41,573 nt of DNA from Candidatus Woesearchaeota archaeon (lineage in GTDB: Archaea > Nanobdellota > Nanobdellia > Woesearchaeales > B72-G16). The stretch covers positions 1 to 41,573 of the forward strand of contig QMQO01000007.1 of the NCBI GenBank assembly GCA_003650545.1, in the 5' to 3' direction. This document shows positions 37,708-41,573 of the stretch, piece after piece (the first letter of the stretch is position 1; every line of letters starts with the position of its first letter). Under the pieces are notes generated by a model. The model was not told the DNA's origin and ran no database searches. It worked only from the letters and a program-made list of their open reading frames with translations. The position numbers and the translations under genes are program-made.

Positions 37708-38619
37708 TTAAGCCTTATTTGCAGAACCCAAAATCTTTATCCTAGAGATTACTGTCTTTTTAATAAGTTCTGTAGCTGCTTGTAAGATAGATCTATGATC
37801 AAAATCACTTTTTTTGGTCTTAAGATATTTCCTTATAGCTGCTGTAAAAGCCAATCTTAAATCCGTATCTTCATTCACCTTTCTTATACCGAGTTTAACC
37901 GCTTTTCTTATTTCGCTATCTGGTACACCATGGGCATTTTTTATCTTAGCACCAAATCTATTGGCTTGAGCAACTAGTTGTTTTGGAATGGAGGAAGCTC
38001 CATGTAAAACGAGAGGAATCTTAACATGTTCGTTTATTTCCTTTAAACGTTTAAAGTCAAGCTTTGGTTTACCTTTAAACTTATAAGCTCCGTGACTGGT
38101 GCCGATAGCAATCGCTAACGAATCTACTTTAGTTAATTTAACAAATTTCCTTGCTTGTTCTGGGTCTGTATAGATTGTTTTCTCCCCTTTAACATGATCT
38201 TCAACTCCTGCGAGTATTCCGAGTTCTGCTTCAACTGAAACACGGGGATGTGCTAATTTAACCGCTTGCTTTGTCATGACGATGTTCTGTTGAAATGGTA
38301 GATCGGAAGCATCAAGCATAATAGATGTATAACCATTTTTAATACAGTCGCGCACCATGTTGATACTTTTGCCATGATCCAGATGCAAAGAAACAGGAAT
38401 TTTAGATTGTTTTGCAATTGTCTGTATAATTGTTGCAATCTCTTTAAGACCAGCATACCTTATTGCTTTTTCAGATGTCTGTATAATAACTGGAGCATTT
38501 AACTCTGAAGCAGCATCTATTATCGCTTTTGTGAATTCAAGATTGCTTGTGTTGAATGCACCGACTGCATAGCCATGTTTATCAGCTATCTGCAATATCT
38601 TTTTAGAGCAAACTAACAT
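37708..38619 (-). CDS. fba: Class II fructose-bisphosphate aldolase
   Basis: LHLDHG, EAELG, GTSHGAYK, LHGAS and KVNEDTD motifs. Confidence 0.94.
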   Translation of the reverse strand: MLVCSKKILQIADKHGYAVGAFNTSNLEFTKAIIDAASELNAPVIIQTSEKAIRYAGLKEIATIIQTIAKQSKIPVSLHLDHGKSINMVRDCIKNGYTSIMLDASDLPFQQNIVMTKQAVKLAHPRVSVEAELGILAGVEDHVKGEKTIYTDPEQARKFVKLTKVDSLAIAIGTSHGAYKFKGKPKLDFKRLKEINEHVKIPLVLHGASSIPKQLVAQANRFGAKIKNAHGVPDSEIRKAVKLGIRKVNEDTDLRLAFTAAIRKYLKTKKSDFDHRSILQAATELIKKTVISRIKILGSANKA

Positions 38620-38620
38620 A

Positions 38621-38836
38621 TTAGATTACCTTTTTATCGTCCTCGGTGATGTGAATGCAATTAACAGGGCAATTTTTTGCAGCTTCCATGTTACAGCTTA
38701 GGTTTTCACCAATGTCTGTTTTTATGCAGCGAGCTTTGTTACCTTCCATCACCCAGTTCTCAGGACAGATGGCTGCGCACGAACCACAGCCTATGCAGGT
38801 TGGTACATCATGTTCTATCTTATATTTCGGCAACAT
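38621..38836 (-). CDS. Ferredoxin (single cluster)
   Basis: CIGCGSCAAICP...CPVNCI. GAGGTGA ribosome-binding site. Confidence 0.9.
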   Translation of the reverse strand: MLPKYKIEHDVPTCIGCGSCAAICPENWVMEGNKARCIKTDIGENLSCNMEAAKNCPVNCIHITEDDKKVI

Positions 38837-38899
38837 TATCACCTCTTATTTTGAATTTTTTTTGAATTTGAAATTATTACTAGATTTAAAATAATTGTT

Positions 38900-39136
38900 T
38901 TAGAGGATTTTAAGTTCCTTTTTGATGGCCTCCTTATCAAAGCCAAGGATTATTTTTCCATTTATCTCAATTTGTGGGACGCCCATATGTCCTGACTTAT
39001 TTATCATCTCTTGTGCAGCTTCTTGATTAGATGCAACATCTATTTCTTCAAACTCAATATTTTGCTGTTTCAAGAAATCTTTTGCCATTTCACAATATGG
39101 GCATGTAGGCGTTGTGTATATCTTTACTTTAGACAA
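38900..39136 (-). CDS. Glutaredoxin-like protein (NrdH/YruB type)
   Basis: CPYC, GVP and GFD motifs. Confidence 0.92.
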   Translation of the reverse strand: MSKVKIYTTPTCPYCEMAKDFLKQQNIEFEEIDVASNQEAAQEMINKSGHMGVPQIEINGKIILGFDKEAIKKELKIL

Positions 39137-39230
39137 TTTACCACCTGTACGATTTATTTGTTTTTTCTTTATAAATCTATCGGAGAACTGGAGAACTGAG
39201 GATTAATTTATAGATATGTTATTCAATATG

Positions 39231-40418
39231 TTATTCAATCCTAACGACTTTTGTATCGATTGCTGCTTGTTTTACAGCTTCTGCTATTTTTGGAACGATG
39301 GTTTTATCAAGAGGATCCGGTAAAATCTGTTCTGGGATTGGCTTATGAACGCAATTTGCCAATGCATTAGCAGCTGCAATCAGCATCTCTTTGTTTATTT
39401 TTGTTGCTTTTGCATCTAAGGCGCCACGAAAAATTCCAGGGAAGCCCAAAACGTTATTAACTTGGTTTGGAAAATCTGATCTGCCAGTTGCTACAACTGT
39501 TGCACCAGCTTCCTTTGCTTTGTCTGGCATAATTTCTGGAATAGGATTTGCCATTGCAAACACGATAGGCTCAGGAGCCATTCTTTTTATCATCTCACCA
39601 CTGACAATATCTGGAGCTGAAACCCCAATAAAAACATCGGAACCTTCTAAGGCATCGGATAAAGTTCCCTGAATGTTTTTTTTATTCGTCAGCACTGCTA
39701 ATTCTTTTTTATGCTCTGTGATATCTGCTCTTCCTCTATGTATTATCCCCTTGCGATCACACATTATTATATTTCTTACAGGTGTGCATATCTTAGGATC
39801 TATGTTAACGCAGAGTAACATTTTTGCAATTGCTGTGCCTGCTGCACCTGCACCACTAATTGTAACTTTAAGTTCAGAAAAATTCTTACCTGTTACTTTC
39901 GCTGCATTTATTAAAGCTGCTAGCACAACAACTGCTGTTCCATGCTGGTCATCATGCATCACTGGTATTCCTATATTCTGCAGCTTTTCTTCTATCTCAA
40001 AGCAACGAGGGGCACTTATATCCTCTAAGTTAATACCGCCGAACACAGGGGAAATATTCTTTACAAATTCAACTATATCTATGTTTTGGTTAGCTATACA
40101 TATTGGAAAAGAGTCTATATCCGCGAATTCCTTGAATAGAGCTGCTTTACCCTCCATTACAGGTATAGACGCCAAGCCGCCTATGTTTCCTAATCCTAAA
40201 ACAGCAGAACCATCTGAAATAACGGCAACAGTATTTCCTTTTATCGTATAATCATAAACACGTGCAGGATCTTTTGCAATTTCTCTACATGGTTGCGCTA
40301 CTCCAGGTGTGTAAGCTAAGCTAAGATCTTTTCTTGATGTTATAGGAAATTTAATCTTGATATCTAATTTACCTTTGAATTTTTTGTGTAGCTCTAGTGC
40401 TTCTTGAAAAACATCCAT
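39231..40418 (-). CDS. NAD(P)-dependent malic enzyme
   Basis: AYTPGVA, GLGNIG, NLEDI, HDDQHGTA, GAGAAG and NQVNN motifs. Confidence 0.94.
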   Translation of the reverse strand: MDVFQEALELHKKFKGKLDIKIKFPITSRKDLSLAYTPGVAQPCREIAKDPARVYDYTIKGNTVAVISDGSAVLGLGNIGGLASIPVMEGKAALFKEFADIDSFPICIANQNIDIVEFVKNISPVFGGINLEDISAPRCFEIEEKLQNIGIPVMHDDQHGTAVVVLAALINAAKVTGKNFSELKVTISGAGAAGTAIAKMLLCVNIDPKICTPVRNIIMCDRKGIIHRGRADITEHKKELAVLTNKKNIQGTLSDALEGSDVFIGVSAPDIVSGEMIKRMAPEPIVFAMANPIPEIMPDKAKEAGATVVATGRSDFPNQVNNVLGFPGIFRGALDAKATKINKEMLIAAANALANCVHKPIPEQILPDPLDKTIVPKIAEAVKQAAIDTKVVRIE

Positions 40419-40472
40419 TTTTAACCTTTTTTTTTGAGTTTTTTAATTTTTAGAAAGTTATCATGAATTAGA

Positions 40473-41258
40473 CTAACTTTCTAATGTGCTGAGCCAAACT
40501 AAAATCTCGTCTTGTAGATCTCTGTCCAACATGTTTGTTCCATGAGCAGAACCTTCTAGCGAAATTAGTTTGCCTCCGGGAGCAGGTGCTAGCTTAAATA
40601 ACGATTCAGCATCTCTTGCGGATTGATGGTCATTTTTAGCATAAACAAGCATCAATGGACGGACTCCAAGGCCTCTTGCAGCATTAGGCGTCTTTATGCC
40701 ATGGTAATTGTTACTTGGAGATAATGCAACAACCGCTTTCATTGTGTTATCCTCTGCAGCGTGAACAATTGCTAAATTAGCGCCTATGCTCGCGCCAATT
40801 ATGAAAAAGCGATCAAAGCCGACTTCTCTTAGAAAATTTCGAGCCGCTTTAATGTCTTTTGTCATAGCTTGAAAATCAACCGAATTAAAATTGTGCCAGT
40901 CTAAGTCGGAATCGCCATGACCCCGCAAGTCAATTGCAACAACAGCATACGCATTGTCTAAACGTTTTGCAAAGTCGTCCCAATCGTTTCTATTTCGGTT
41001 GAGCATATGGAGAAGAATAACAGCCGTATCTGCATGATCGTTTGGATAATAATTTGCCACAATGTTAATGTTATCTTCTGTTTTTAAATTGATTATTTGG
41101 TAACCTGAATCTGATTTTTGTTGCTCGTTAATTTCCATAGTTTTAGAAGAGACTGTTACCATCTGCTCTACTGATTGTTCTTTTTGTTGGCAACCTACTA
41201 AAAGTAAAATCATAAACATCATAAACATCAGAATTGTTGTGATAAAAACCTTCTTCAT
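40473..41258 (-). CDS. Alpha/beta hydrolase lipoprotein
   Basis: Lipobox LVG-C, DLRGHG, GASIG nucleophile elbow, AHGT. Confidence 0.88.
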   Translation of the reverse strand: MKKVFITTILMFMMFMILLLVGCQQKEQSVEQMVTVSSKTMEINEQQKSDSGYQIINLKTEDNINIVANYYPNDHADTAVILLHMLNRNRNDWDDFAKRLDNAYAVVAIDLRGHGDSDLDWHNFNSVDFQAMTKDIKAARNFLREVGFDRFFIIGASIGANLAIVHAAEDNTMKAVVALSPSNNYHGIKTPNAARGLGVRPLMLVYAKNDHQSARDAESLFKLAPAPGGKLISLEGSAHGTNMLDRDLQDEILVWLSTLES

Positions 41259-41573
41259 CTATGAAACCTCGCGGTGAATTTTTCATTTGCAATCTGCAAA
41301 GGCTTTTACGACATCCATCTATTCGGGATAGCTAAGCTTCCCATTATTGCAGGTCGTATGCAAGGCATGACCCAATCATATACGAACAGGCTTACTCAAA
41401 CGAGCATTGGCCTAGGAAGATAACGGGCTCGCCTATGATGCCTTTCTTACGTTTTTCAACATCGCATAAATTATTGTAAGCAACTTCCTTGAAGTTGCTA
41501 TTATTGCAATATTTGTTCCTCTTCTCTTTCTAATCCTTAAGAAAAATGCTCTTAAGGATTTGTCGTGTTGCAC
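41259..41573 (-). mobile_element. IS110-family element, 3' part (transposase end plus noncoding right end)
   Basis: Transposase C-terminus followed by about 175 nt of structured noncoding sequence ending at the next gene's ATG. Exact boundary is inferred. Confidence 0.7.
41433..41573 (-). CDS. IS110-family transposase, C-terminal fragment (cut by window edge)
   Basis: VQHDKSLRAFFLRIRKRRGTNIAIIATSRKLLTIIYAMLKNVRKAS*, matching the A...ARKL..IIYAML C-terminus of IS110 transposases. Confidence 0.8.
   Translation of the reverse strand: MQHDKSLRAFFLRIRKRRGTNIAIIATSRKLLTIIYAMLKNVRKAS

Noticed and set aside
39673..40251. 192-aa antisense ORF, and similar antisense ORFs within cdc48, gatD, gatE and liv genes
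   Set aside because: Shadow frames opposite well-supported genes, with no recognisable motifs.

Overview
AT-rich archaeal chromosomal segment, most consistent with a DPANN (Woesearchaeota-like) genome. Evidence: GatDE, CDC48, deoxyhypusine synthase, TruD, TTTATAAA-type TATA boxes and GGTGA ribosome-binding sites. Housekeeping genes (tatD, dys, speD, intein-containing cdc48, gatD/gatE, truD, ROK kinase, fba, malic enzyme) surround a ~14 kb accessory block (17.9-31.9 kb). That block holds a Liv-type ABC transporter, three intact substrate-binding proteins each paired with a divergent TrmB or tandem-Lrp regulator, one truncated binding protein, methyltransferases and gene remnants. The most striking element, missed by the ORF track, is a tRNA-Arg(CCU) gene at 34052-34208 interrupted by four introns (19/20, 28/29, 37/38, 59/60), each with a bulge-helix-bulge-like fold. 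Other candidates: a promoter-preceded pseudoknotted ncRNA (1984-2140), a long hairpin element (24057-24203), an IS110-family 3' end with a bridge-RNA-like noncoding region, a frameshifted Kunitz domain on a lipoprotein, a GatE lacking its insertion domain, and several small ORFs under 60 aa. All calls are by eye; no database searches or folding programs were run.
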